Of a stretch of DNA of 64,000 nucleotides, positions 1 to 12,925 are shown one piece after another. The DNA is taken from NCBI GenBank assembly GCA_964016885.1, contig OZ024740.1, positions 303,056,001 to 303,120,000 of the forward strand, written 5' to 3'. The notes under the pieces are model-generated. The model saw nothing but the letters and a program-made list of their open reading frames with translations. It searched no databases and was not told where the DNA came from. Origin of the DNA: Eledone cirrhosa (Eukaryota). Numbering within the stretch: position 1 is the first letter of the stretch; the number at the start of each line of letters is the position of its first letter. The position numbers and the translations under genes are program-made.

Positions 1-454
1 CTAACAGATAGTATCAGCAATGTAAACACAAATGGAAACATTGTTTCCTTGGTCCAATCTGACGATCAGCTCCATTCCTTTCCATTCTTTCCTTAATTGG
101 AAATAAATCTAAATATTAATTGTATCTGCATATGTCAACTATATACATACGTTTGTCTGTATGCATATGTATACACACACACATATATATATGGCAATAC
201 AACACCCAAGGTAAAGGACTGTGAAAACCTCAGCTCTTTTACTGTTATCACTATAATTAACTCTACTTTATGTATTGAGTAATTTTGTTTTGTCCTTGTA
301 TGGAACGGAATATGAATATTTCGGTTTTGATGATGAGTGTTCTAGTTTGTCAATCAGAACTGCCTGCTCATGAAATTAACGTGCCTGTACCTGAGCATTC
401 CAGAAACATGTATGGTTTTCACCTATTTATCAGGGAGATTTCATGTGACATAAT

Positions 455-520
455 GTGTGACATAACAGTTTCCATTGTGTGACATAACAGTTTCCATTGT
501 GTGACATAACAGTTTCCATT
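455..520. repeat. Tandem repeat, 3 x 22 bp (gtgtgacataacagtttccatt)
   Basis: Three exact copies at 455, 477 and 499, at the junction of two SINE remnants. Confidence 0.95.
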
Positions 521-650
521 TACCCAATTTCACTCACAAGATATAGGTCTAGCCTACAGCAAATTACACTTGCCCAACATATCATGCAGTGGGATCAAAC
601 CTAGGACTTAATGGTTGTGAAGCAAACTTCTTAAAATACGGCAGCCACTT
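521..650 (-). mobile_element. Decayed tRNA-derived SINE head/body (reverse orientation)
   Basis: Similar to the copy at 49850-50005 (caaatttca..cacaag...acacttgcccaa...); B-box-like segment on the minus strand. Confidence 0.55.
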
Positions 651-818
651 GTTTGTATAAACAGAGATAAACACACACACATACACACACATATATATAT
701 ATATATATATGGAGGGGAGGGATCTGTCTGTATATATATTTATATATATATATGAATATGCATATATATATAATGTATATATATATATGTATATATATTT
801 ATTTATAAATATATATAT

Positions 819-857
<39 letters not shown>

Positions 858-2069
858 AAAATAGGCAAGCAAGGTATATTAAATGTTTTGTGTTTTTACA
901 AAAACGGAATTAGAAAATGATATATCTTAAAAGTTTGAGAGGGGTACAGTAAAATTTGATTGTATTTTACTAAAGTAGAAAATAAAAGAAAACAAAATAA
1001 CTGGGATGAAAACAACATTTGTAACTCAGTGTCATTAATAAAAGATGTTATTCATAATAACATTTCTTTTAATATTAAAAAGCACTTAAATATGCTGTTC
1101 TCTTCCTATGAGCACAAAAATATGAACAACCAATCAATTAGGTTTTAAATAAATTGATGCCCAAGTATACATAATATATTTAAGTAATATTTTTTTCTTC
1201 CATGAATTTAACAACTAAGACAAAAACGTTTAAAACATCAAATTTGGAGTTTCTGGTATGTTTCTTTGGGTTTTCTAGTTATTTTTAGTCAATACAATTT
1301 TTGTTCCAAAGATTATTGTTGTCAGTGGTATTGCGCCGGTAGTCATTTTTAATAAAAGGTAATAGAGTCCATTGAAATGTTTCTACAAGGCTACGTCTAT
1401 AATTTTACTTCGTTTTTTTTTTGGGGGGGGGGGGGGGGGCGGAGGTTGATAGAATTAAATTATTGGATCAGTTAAGGAGATTAATTTGTTTTATAGATAT
1501 ATCAATTTTTTTATATTCTGAGAAAATTTCTAATGGTAAATTCTCTCAACAGATATTTTTCCGATTGCTCCCATTAATGCTTTTATAGCCAACATTTATT
1601 ACATTTAATAAAATTAACAACTAAATATGAATTATTTAATTTCCTCATAATTTCTATCTTTAACATTGTCATTGTTTTCTTCTGAGAAAATCATAGTTTG
1701 ATGTTTAGAAAATAATATAGTGCATTAACTTAATAGAAACTTCAATTTTGATATTTCAATAATTGTCAATAAAATTTGGCAGGAATTAAATTAATTTCAT
1801 TATATTTTAAGTTCTTAAGATATATAAAAGTATCTCTACTGTCTTTGTATTTCAATTTATTTCTTATCTGGATGTTAGCAACACAGACTTCCAGTTATTC
1901 TAGCTCAATGCCTGTCTTCCTTATTTGTCTGAATTCAGTATACTCTCTCTGCTATTCTCTAAACTACTTCAAACTCCAGTAGTTGGATGACTATCCCCCA
2001 TTTTGAATTGTGGGCCTTTGTCTCTTAATTTAAATTTCTCTAAAATAATAAGCTTTAGTAACTTCAATT

Positions 2070-3160
2070 CACACAATGTCTTTTAGTTCTGAAACTCCTC
2101 CCAAATTGATTGTTTCCCTGATCTGCCATCATCAATTCGTATCTCTGCACATCCATATCTCTAAACTGACTCTTCAAATAATCTTGTCTTCTATCTTACC
2201 TTTAAACATAGCCGTAGCCATCTCTGCTTCTACAGGACTATCTTATTATGTCCACATGAAGTCAATCTAGTTCAAACCGTCCTTCTGTATAAAAACCCTG
2301 CTCCCAAACTATTTGGTTTTTCAAGTAACACCTGTTCTACACTGTTTCAGCATTAGCTCTATGCTGACTTCTTTTGTGAGCAATGTACATCACCTTTAAC
2401 CTATGTGAGACTGAGATTGAGAACTTCAGCAAAATCGTTGCTATTCTCCTTGACTTGAGCAAATATTTTAACTGTTTGACATGAGAACCTCAAAACAGAG
2501 CTGCTTGTCTATTGTCTTTATTCATTTCTCACCACTTAGATCAGAGGTTTCCTGTTAGACAATTCAATGTCAACATATATTTACAATGATCTCTCCAACC
2601 CATATTTTCTCAACACTGGTTTACATTAGAGTACATTTATGCCTTATAACTTCTTCATTCTATTCTGCTTCAGGTTCTTCTTGTTGAATACAAAGTTGAA
2701 GTAGATTCTAGTCTTTCAATCTCTTATGATTATTTACAGTAACCTCATGTAAAGAAAATTGACATACTGAATCCAAGACTAAGCTTTCACTTTAGGGCCA
2801 AGAGTACTTTATCACTAATTAATAGCTCAAATATATTCCACATTGGTGTACTGCTCATGTACCTTAGACAGTGCTGTTGCTCCATACAATGCATTCTAGA
2901 CTGCATTCCCAAAATGGCCATCTGACTAATTGGCAAGGATTCACTCAAAAACCTAAAGTTGCATTATTTCCTCACTCTCTGCCTCATATATGACTATTAC
3001 AATGACTTTTATTTTTCTAAGATAGTGAGCTACATACCACCTCCTGTCGTCTTCCTTACTGTGTCTTACACAGTAAATTCCATACTAAACATTTCAACCC
3101 ACTAACATCCTCTTTGTGCCCAAGTTCTTCCTATATACATCAACCTGCAGAAGTTCTGGT
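2070..3160 (+). mobile_element. Highly decayed CR1/Jockey-group LINE RT remnant
   Basis: Degenerate translations IVAILLDLSKYFN (~LDISKAFD), YxNDL, SHIW-like, KMAI*LIG (~KRAIRLI) and LCLIYDYY (~LFYRYY), with many stops and frameshifts. Confidence 0.55.
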
Positions 3161-4599
3161 TGATCATTATTTACATAATCTTAACCAGTTTTGGATCATT
3201 TGCATTAATCATGAATGTTTTCTCTCCTTCTTCAACCAAATAATAATAAAGCAAATAGTTTTGGTTTATTCATTTTAAGAATTATTAATAAAAGAAATCA
3301 TTTCTCTTTGTTATATATTTATAAATATCAAACAAGTATTATAAATACTTTAAACACTAAGTATTCGTTCTCATTCAACTAGTGCTGATTAAAACCAATG
3401 TAGAATTTTAAATGCAATTTTATTTAAAGTTGATATTGTTTTTGTTGTTTCTTACCCACACTTTCCCATTAGTTAGTTATTTCTGAGGTATTAATTCAGG
3501 GTTAGGTATTGATTAATGACATTCAATTCTTATTACTATAATATATTAGATATATCAAAATAATAATTATGTTTGCGAAACATCTTGATAACAATTATTT
3601 ATGAAAATATACAATTAGATTATTATACTTCTGAAAATACAATTGCCATTTTAAATGCAATTTTGATAAATTTAGAATTATTACTTAAACATGACTTTTC
3701 TTTTAAAGGTAAACATTGTTTCAAAAAAAGTTTTTGAAACACAAAAATGTTAAATTTGCTACATTAGTCTATTACAATAGCTTACAGATTCAATAATAGC
3801 TTTACTGAAAATATCTAGAAAGTTCTTTTGTCTAATAAGATGCTATCATAAATTTATCTATTTAGAAAATTCTTTAAATTATAAAAACATTAGCAATTTT
3901 ATGAGGCTTTTTTCAATAGAAAACATTCAATATTTTTTAATATTCTAACTCCTTCTAAACTCTTATCTTCTGATTTATGTACTGTTGAAATATTGCTGAA
4001 TTTTTAAACCTAAAATGTAACTGTTTCTTTATTTCACAAAATAATGTTAATCAATGTACTAATTAACGTTTGTAACAATGAACATTTTGTATAATTTGTT
4101 ATTATTTAAACCTTTATCTCACATAATTCTATCCTAAAATCTTAATACTGATGTACTTTTGGAAAATTAATTCATTCTTACAATCTTGAAAATGATTAGA
4201 TTTTGTATATAAAATGCCAGTTTTAATAATGTAGCATATCTAATTTAGAATAATATTTTTTTAAAATGCTAATATTCCTGAATGAATTTTACTGTTGAGC
4301 TTGACCATAAATCTAGTCTTAAGATGATGTGAAACTGAATTTAATCATATATTGTCAGTTCTGTTCAGATAGTAGCACACCAGGATAGAATTATATTAAA
4401 TTGATTTTTCTTCCCATTATTATTACCCAATGCAATGTGCTTACAATCTATGTAAAATGTTTGATGCACATATCCATTATTGTAACAGTCAATAATAATT
4501 ACAACATACAGAATAATGAGTCAAATATGTAAAAATGAAATCAGAAACTATATAGATATTTTCCTTTCATGTGTGCTAATTTTATTTGAATATATTTAA

Positions 4600-4691
<92 letters not shown>

Positions 4692-5225
4692 TTATTTATT
4701 TCTATATATACATATATATGTATTGATTTGTTTGTGTTTTATTGATTATTTTTACTGTTTTTGTGAATAAAATTTTATATTTGAAAAAAAAAAAGAAAAA
4801 AGTTAAATGAAAAGCAAATTGAAATAAACAAATGCATTTTCCTAAAATTTAAAAATTTTTGTATTCTTAGTGATGTGTTTTATGTATTTTTTAACTTTGA
4901 TTGGTTGATATATATTTTTATTCAAGAAATGCAAAATTAAAACAAAACAAGAGTATAGTAGTTAATTATAAAATTTGTTAATTACATTCCTCAAACTATT
5001 ATTTTGAGTTCTTATTAATAATAACTTTGCATGTCATATTTAATAGTGATTAAACTTCTAATAAGTAATTAGCCATGTTTTATATCACCATCAGCATCAT
5101 TAGTATAAAATATATTTCACAATATCATGGGAAATAGAAAATCACTTTTTTCTAGTAACAACAATATTAGGACAGATTGACATTTCAATATGAGTAGTAG
5201 AAGATATTAGTTATACCATTAGCAC

Positions 5226-5281
5226 CAAACTGATGAAATCAGAACACTTATAGCTACTATTGATAGAAGCTACTGTATTTG
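5226..5281 (+). ncRNA. Degenerate type I hammerhead ribozyme motif
   Basis: Stem I caaa/tttg; CTGATGA at 5230-5236; stem II atca/tgat; GAAG (A15.1>G); GTA triplet; AATAAA at 5293. Confidence 0.4.
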
Positions 5282-5866
5282 CACTAGTATTAAATAAAGT
5301 CAAATGTTGACTTTTAAACCATATGTATATCTAAGTATCTTAAAAAAACAAAGCAACAGCTATCTTGTTTGGCTATAAAATATGAAGCTTGCAATTTAAG
5401 TGTCTAACACAAATTAAATGTAGGGGATATTAACATATTTGACTTTAGAGTTAGCACACTGAGACAAGTTTTTCTTGATACACATTCAAACCATATTTCA
5501 TTGAGTGAGTAATTGTGAGCAAACGAATTTATGGTGAATATTTCCTATATCCTCGTCAATATATACATAATATTTAATATATCACACATTATTTATTTTA
5601 TGTGATATTTTAATATAATGCTTATTCAGATAAAGCATTTGAATATTTTCCTTCATTATACACAAAGGCACAATATATGAGTATATAACAATATATATGA
5701 AAATGTAGATTTTTTTCTAATAGCTACATATAAGTAAAGACATATCCACTAACATTTGAAGCATAAACATTTTTTCAATATTCCAAAAATGTACACTTAG
5801 ATATACATAAGTTTCAGCATTCTGATTTCTGTATGCATAATTTATAGAATATATGTATATACATAT

Positions 5867-5898
<32 letters not shown>

Positions 5899-5909
5899 TT
5901 ATATGTGTA

Positions 5910-5963
<54 letters not shown>

Positions 5964-6540
5964 CATACATACATACATACATACATACATACATACATAC
6001 ATACATACATACATACATACATACATACATACATACATAACACAACTAGTTAGGAAATTACAAGTACAATCCATTAATGGAACAGTAAAAATATGTAAAA
6101 CATTCCAAATATGTTGCATCTAATAACTGCATATACATATGTACAGATACAAAGCATATGCACATGCACACATACAACTCAAAACATCCACATCCACACA
6201 TACAATAACATCCATATCTACACATGCAGACATGCATACATATCTACCTAGTTGATGTTGTGTAAATTCCAATGAGAGAGTCTTGTAACTATGTTAGAAA
6301 CCGACTCTCTCTATTGGTAACAATTTGTGAAATTATAAAACCAGAAGAACATACATACATAGGTATCTATTCCTATTAGCTTGTGCACTAAGCAGTCAGA
6401 GTATATGATGAACCTATATTTGTATATATACAGCTTAGAAGTAACTGAAACTGTGTAAATGTGTATATAAATTTACACATTTTTAGTACATCCTCATGTA
6501 AACATACCAAATATGTGTATATGACTGATTTTTTTTTCAA

Positions 6541-6715
6541 TCGGTAGAAGATCGGATACCATGGTTTGCAGCATAGAGTTATGCACCTTTACAGTCTGAT
6601 TTCAAATCCCGGCGAGGTTAACTTTGCCTTTCATCCTTACAGGGTCAATAAAATAAAGTTACCAGTATTGTACTGGGATAATTGCTGGAATTGTGCCAAA
6701 AGTAGAAACAATTAT
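6541..6715 (+). mobile_element. tRNA-derived SINE, 5' truncated (Nin/Deu-like core family)
   Basis: Core tttgcctttcatccttac.gggtcaataaaataaag and tail gtagaaacaattat shared with more than 10 copies in the window. Confidence 0.85.
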
Positions 6716-6796
6716 CTGTGTTTGTGAGAATACATAGGCACAATAACATAAGAAGATCTGAGAGTAAAGTTGTTAGAAGATCGATTCTTACCATCC

Positions 6797-6846
<50 letters not shown>

Positions 6847-6886
6847 TCACATAAATATATGCATATTCATATATATATAAATACAC

Positions 6887-7775
6887 ATACAGGGCGCAAC
6901 CAAAATATTTCCTAGATTTTAGAGGTTAACAAAAAAGGCATGGCAAATGCTATTGAAGAGTTTTTACACAATCTAAATGTATATAGAATGGAGCTTAATT
7001 TCAGTTGATTTTCATTATATCACCTAGATGGTGGCCTTCATTCTCAATAGACGTGTGTAGTCAATTTCTAAAGTTTTGCATCATTGAACAGGTCATATTT
7101 GCTGTCATCACTGCAATTTCTTAGTATAAAGTAGCCTTCAATTCATTAATGATTCTTTTTGAATGTTTGTAGACCTTAGGATTCAGATGACCTCAAATAA
7201 ATAATTACAAGGGGCTAAATCAGAGGAACCAGCAAACCTGATAATGGACTTAAAACTTCTATTGATGTTCTCACAGTGTGAGTCAGAGACCCATCCTGTT
7301 AAAAGCACATATCTAAATTTCTGAATTCAATGAGTTTTGGTTCCAAGAAATTTCATAGCAACTGCATATACCAATGATAAGTTACTGTAACAGTTTTACC
7401 CTCCTCCTCAAAACACCAAAGTCCTTGATAAAGATGGTGAGGATTGTTTTCCACCCAGTTACAAAAATTCTGCTTGTCAATGTAGCTTGACAAATGGAAG
7501 TGAGCTTTGGCACTTATAAGCAAAATATCATTTACTGGAACATTTTAAAGGATACCACCCCAACATGCCATTCAATTCTCACAGTCATGTTTATTAAGTC
7601 TCTGAACAACCTTCATTTTATATGGATAGAACTTAAGATTGGCATGTAAAATTCTCCTGACATTTCAATGGAACAACCCCAAAACAGAACCATGTTTTCA
7701 GGCAGAATGTTTGGGAGATTTTATACATGACTATTTCACAGTGTTGACATTTTTTGATGTCTAAGTATCCTGTAC
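6887..7775 (-). mobile_element. Decayed Tc1/mariner DNA transposon (DDD transposase pseudogene)
   Basis: Minus-strand peptides LISAKAHFHLSSYIDKQNFCNW (~SDEAHFHLxGYVNKQNxRxW), F*QDGSLTHT (~QQDGAxxHT) and SSDLAPCNY..GHLNPKVY (~SPDLxPCDFFLWG); end begins TA-CAGGG. Confidence 0.8.
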
Positions 7776-8520
7776 TCTTCCAGTAGGATAGCAATTAAGT
7801 GACTTACTGCTGGCTGATATGGTTGGCTTTATATTGATTGCTTCATTTCTGGGATTGAAGCTTTTTACTTCTTTATTAGCATCATAAACAGTTCCATCAG
7901 TTAGCAGCAAAGGGAAGTATCAGCCTGAATAAGCTAGATCAATTTATAATATATATCCAAATATGAGCTGACCCCCTATTTTATGTCTGATTGCTATATG
8001 GATTGCTTCATTTCTGTGACTGAAGCCTTTACCTTATTGTTAGAACCATAACAAAATCCCATATCACTTTTGATACAATAGTGTTTCAAACAAGTATGAA
8101 GTAGAAGTAAAGGAGATCTCTGTATGGCAATTACAGATCCATTGTCAAATAAAGAATTAAATTACAAACACACAGCATACACCCATCCATGTTATGACCA
8201 TAACTGAAGAAATAATTGAAAGATATAGATAAATGTTAAATGCTGTACAGAATTTAAGAATTATATTTATTATGCAAGATCAAAATCCATCAAAAATAAA
8301 CTGCATGCCATGCAATTTTAGATTATGTAATAACATTTTATATAACCTTTTATTATGCCTTTTTTGTTGACATTTAGAATCTGGGAAGTTAAATTTGCTG
8401 CAACTTATATATACATATATATATTATATATATAGTAATAATAATAAATGTGAAGACTAAAATCTGAAGAGGGCTCGATAAAGATTATATATATAAATAT
8501 ATATAAAAAAAATAGAGCAA

Positions 8521-8644
8521 ATATTTATTAAAATAACAGATTAAAGTTTAAGCAAAGAATCGCTGCTTTCACCCTTAACCTTCAGAAGATCCCATTAAGT
8601 GTGAAAGTAGCGATTCTTTGCTTAAACTTTAATCTGTTATTTTA

Positions 8645-8652
<8 letters not shown>
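8521..8652. repeat. Inverted repeat / foldback hairpin, 58-bp arms, 16-nt spacer
   Basis: Arms 8521-8578 and 8595-8652 are complementary with 2 mismatches; lies next to (TA)n. Confidence 0.95.
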
Positions 8653-8731
<79 letters not shown>

Positions 8732-9146
8732 CATACAGAAATACACTCACACATATACACACACAGATATATATATATGTATATATAAAGTTTTATCTGT
8801 ATAAATAAATGTATATATGTACTAGTGAAGTATCAGTCAAAAGTGATGGTGCCTTTTTGTCTTCTTTCAGTTATTCTGTTTCATTTACACTGAGCTTTGC
8901 TTCTGTTTCATTTTCTCTCCATTTCACATTGAGCATTGATTTCTGCTGATGATAATCTTCACCTTCTATCTGCAGCCAAACAGTTTCTCTGTGTTTGAGG
9001 ATTTCTTTTATACTTTAACTTTCAATTACCTATTGTATATTTGAAATGTGATAGCTTCACTTCCTTAGTTTTATTCTTCCATTCCCTTGACCTCCTGTAT
9101 TATTCTTATTGACTTACATATTTCGTTATTTCTTTTAACCCACACT

Positions 9147-9224
<78 letters not shown>

Positions 9225-9234
9225 ATATATATAT

Positions 9235-9359
9235 ATAGGAAAATAGTCAGGACCCCGATGGCTTAGCTCCGGCCATTTCGACAGCTAGATCCGAAATGTT
9301 CGGATCTAGCTGTCGAAGCGGCCGGAGCTCAACTGTAGGGGTCCTAACTCTTTTCCTAT
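9235..9359. repeat. Foldback hairpin (~125 bp) at the start of a (TA)n-embedded element
   Basis: Perfect 19-bp inner stem 9277-9295/9299-9317 with imperfect outer arms; downstream sequence (ctctact...gtattgagtac) recurs at ~10170-10310 and ~215-290. Confidence 0.9.
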
Positions 9360-9436
9360 CACCCACTCTACTAACCTAAGTATTGAGTACTCTGGTGTGT
9401 TATGGTCCAGCCAGTATCTTACCACACCCTCTTCGT

Positions 9437-9468
<32 letters not shown>

Positions 9469-9570
9469 TCCCACCTATGTTTTATAATTTTAATCTTTTT
9501 ATAGTACTCCTCCACCTGTCTCAAATCAGCCATTGCTTTCTCTTTCACATTAATTTTCTCACTGTATAAA

Positions 9571-9754
9571 AGGTGGATTGGCAGTATCGGTAGAGGGTCA
9601 GACACCATGCTTTCCAGCATAGTTACGTCCCTTAACGATCTGAGTTCAAATCCCGCCGAGGTTAACTTTGCCTTTCATCCTTACGGGGTCGATAAAATAA
9701 AGTACCAGTAATGCACTGGGTAATTTGCTGGCCTTGTGCCAAAAAGTAGAAACG
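9571..9754 (+). mobile_element. Full-length tRNA-derived SINE with 19-bp TSD
   Basis: A-box-like tggcagtatcgg and B-box gagttcaaatccc; TSD attaattttctcac(t/c)gtat at 9549-9567 and 9755-9773. Confidence 0.92.
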
Positions 9755-10127
9755 ATTAATTTTCTCACCGTATTACTTTCCTAATTTCCCCACTATGCTG
9801 TTGAAAGCTATCTTTCTTCTTTCCACCTTTCCTATTTTACTCATACAATCTCTTTCTTCCTCACCCATTCCATCCCTGTCTATATTTTCTCACTTTTTGC
9901 AAGCTGATTACCTACTAGCTCTCACTTTCTCTTTCACTATTTTCGAAAATCTTAGTCTCTCATCTATTTATTTATCCTTCATACATTCTTTGTCATTCTT
10001 CCATCTATCTCTGTACAGCCTCTACTTGCTATTTTAACAATCCTTTAGTATAACAGAAAGAGGGATACCAGTGAACAAAAATGGAGCCTGTGATTTGGTG
10101 TTTATATATATATATATGTGTGTGTAA

Positions 10128-10172
<45 letters not shown>

Positions 10173-10323
10173 AGTCTGGAATTAGCTGTGAACATGGCAA
10201 GAGCTCAGCCACCTAGCACCAAATCTTTTTAATATAGTCACACTCTACTATCCAAAGTATTGAGTACACTGTTGAATAATGGTCCAACTAGTTTAATAGT
10301 GGTTTAATCCTTATATATATATA

Positions 10324-10490
10324 TCATCATCATCATCAACGTTTAACGTCTATCTTCCATGCTAGGATGGGTTTAGACGGGAATTGTCCTACTTGAGGCA
10401 AGATTGGTCGGGTGACCATGTCTTGCTCGTATAGGGCTGCCTGGCAGGTTTTCTACGGCTGGATGCCCTTCCTAACACCAACCACGTTCA
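10324..10490 (-). mobile_element. RTE-tailed SINE/LINE 3' fragment with (GAT)n tail
   Basis: (cat)n + gtttaacgtc..ttccatgctag + tttctacggctggatgcccttcctaacacc; relatives near 19180, 35295, 42600, 47880, 50460(+), 51580 and 60720. Confidence 0.7.
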
Positions 10491-10545
10491 AGAAATGATA
10501 AAACAAATACATATATATGTGTGTGTGAGTGCATGTGTGTGTGTG

Positions 10546-10606
<61 letters not shown>

Positions 10607-11322
10607 ATGTTTGTATGTGTGTTGTTGAAGACACAACTATGTTCCAGTTTAAATTTATTCATTAGAATATTCTCATATGTTCTAATAAGGTCTCTACAAT
10701 TTCAAGGGAATAACAACATTTCTAAATCTATAATTTTTTCAAAGTTTTCAGATTCTCATGGTCTCATCATCAGTGTGTTTTGCTCTATATACATACATCA
10801 AGTTGGTGCCCTAGCATAGCTCATGACTAAAACCAGTATAAGAATATATATATATATATTTCTGGTGAATTTCAATTTTAGCAGTTCATGTGACTCATAA
10901 ATCAGCCTCTGGCATATAGAACTAACACCTTACTGTAGAGGATGATGAACCCACCATTATATATCTATAATAGGAATCCTGACTCTGATATGTGAGTTGG
11001 TATAATCTGCTTTTCTCATACTTTTCCTGCTCAAATCAAAGCTCATTTCATAAATACTATCTGATGGAATGTGTTGCACTATGTAAAGTTTTATTCTCTT
11101 ATTTGTACTATTTGGACTGTTCTTGGGAATCTCAGCAAGGGGCAGACAGGATAAAGTCAGAAACAGTAGGATAGCAATTAAATGCTGATATGGTTGGCTT
11201 TATATTAGTCGCTTCATTTCAATGACTGAAACTCATTACTTCATTATTACTACCTTAAATATAGAACAGTTCCGCCAGTTAGCAGCTATGTGAAATATCA
11301 GCTCTAATAAGGTAGATCCATT

Positions 11323-11799
11323 TACTGCATAGGCTTGAATATAAGCTGTTCCAAATATAAGCCAACCCCTACTTTATGTCTGAGAAATAGGGAAACATCC
11401 AAACCCCATTTATAAGCTGAAGTAAGCAATCAACACATTATGTTTAGATGGTGCTGTTTTGAAATTGTCATGAAGTTTTAATATTTTGATATTTTAGTAT
11501 TGTTTAAAGTATAGTGTTTTTGTTTCACAGCTCCATTACATAGTAATTTTTTACCAATTTCAAAGGCTATATTCATTCAAAACACATTAAAAAATACAAT
11601 AGAAAAAATAAATTTCATGTAGAAAGTGAAACCTCCAAAGTGAAACCACAGCACAAAATATTTCAACACCTCTTTTACTTAGAATTTTGAAGTTAGTGAT
11701 AAATGACAAAATATTGACATCAAATATATGCCAACATCCCAATTTATCATAGATTTTTTTGTAACATATTTCTTGGCTTATATACAAGTATATATGGTA
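11323..11799. mobile_element. Possible pogo/Tc2-like MITE
   Basis: Imperfect TIRs: left tactgcataggcttgaatataagc, reverse complement of right end taccatatatacttgtatataagc; TA termini. Confidence 0.45.
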
Positions 11800-11915
11800 A
11801 CACTCTGCTTACATATGAAGAACTATAGCATGATGTTGAAGAGCAAAGCACTTGGTTCATCTTGGTAATTCTTTACCAGTGGCATATATATATACAAGCA
11901 TAACTACATCACACA

Positions 11916-12010
11916 ATTGTATAAGCTTCTGATGATGTCACATGGAAATTTTCAAAGATGTGACTATTGCATGATTTCTAACCATGTCACTGAAATATGT
12001 ATTATGCAAT
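11916..12010 (+). ncRNA. Type I hammerhead ribozyme motif with long stem II (stem I offset)
   Basis: CTGATGA 11929-11935; gtcacatgg/ccatgtcac stem II; GAAA 11992-11995; ATATGT stem III; GTA triplet; attgtataa/ttatgcaat helix displaced by 4 nt. Confidence 0.5.
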
Positions 12011-12175
12011 AAAACAATTATTGTAAAATTAACTCTATCTTAACACCATTTCGTGAATCGAAATCCATCACACTTAATTGCCACCATTTCACTGGGGATA
12101 TATATGTATATATATATGTGTGTGTGGGGGGGGGGGGGTTATATATATATATATTTATATATATATATATGTATG

Positions 12176-12220
<45 letters not shown>

Positions 12221-12239
12221 GTGTATATATATATTATTA

Positions 12240-12273
<34 letters not shown>

Positions 12274-12540
12274 TAAATATATGTATATATATAGTGTACT
12301 AATTTGATAACCAAATATAGATTACAACAGCACTTGATACCATTATATCAATCAAGCATATATAATGTTTACAATGGAAGTCACTTCATGCTAAAGCTGG
12401 AAGTTTATTGCTTAGGGAGAATAGAATACATAACTGAAATTGGTTGAAGAACATTCAAATACTGCATCATTATATGCACCTCAAATCTATTTATCATATA
12501 TGTGGCTTATCTTTCTCCCGTCATTATTAATCACTACATG

Positions 12541-12925
12541 GCGGTGGATTGGCAGTATCGGTAGAGGCTCGGACGCCATGCTTTACAGCATAGTTACGTC
12601 CCTTTATGATCTGAGTTCAAATCCCGCCGAGGTTGACTTTGCCTTTCATGCTTACGGGGTCGATAAAATAAAGTACCAGTAATACACTGGGTAATTGCTG
12701 GCCTGGTGCCTAAAGTAGAAACAATTATTAATCACTACATGGGCGGTGGATTGGCAGTATCAGTAGAGGGTCGGACGCCATGCTTTCCAGCATAGTTACG
12801 TCCCTTTACAATCTGAGTTCAAATCCCACTGAGGTTGACTTTGCCTTTCATCCTTACGGGGTCGATAAAATAAAGTACCAGTAATGCACTGGGTAATTGC
12901 TGGCCTTGTGCCTAAAGTAGAAACA
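12541..12925 (+). mobile_element. Two tandem full-length SINEs sharing a triplicated 18-bp TSD
   Basis: Copies 12541-12723 and 12742-12925; attattaatcactacatg at 12523, 12724 and 12926. Confidence 0.93.
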
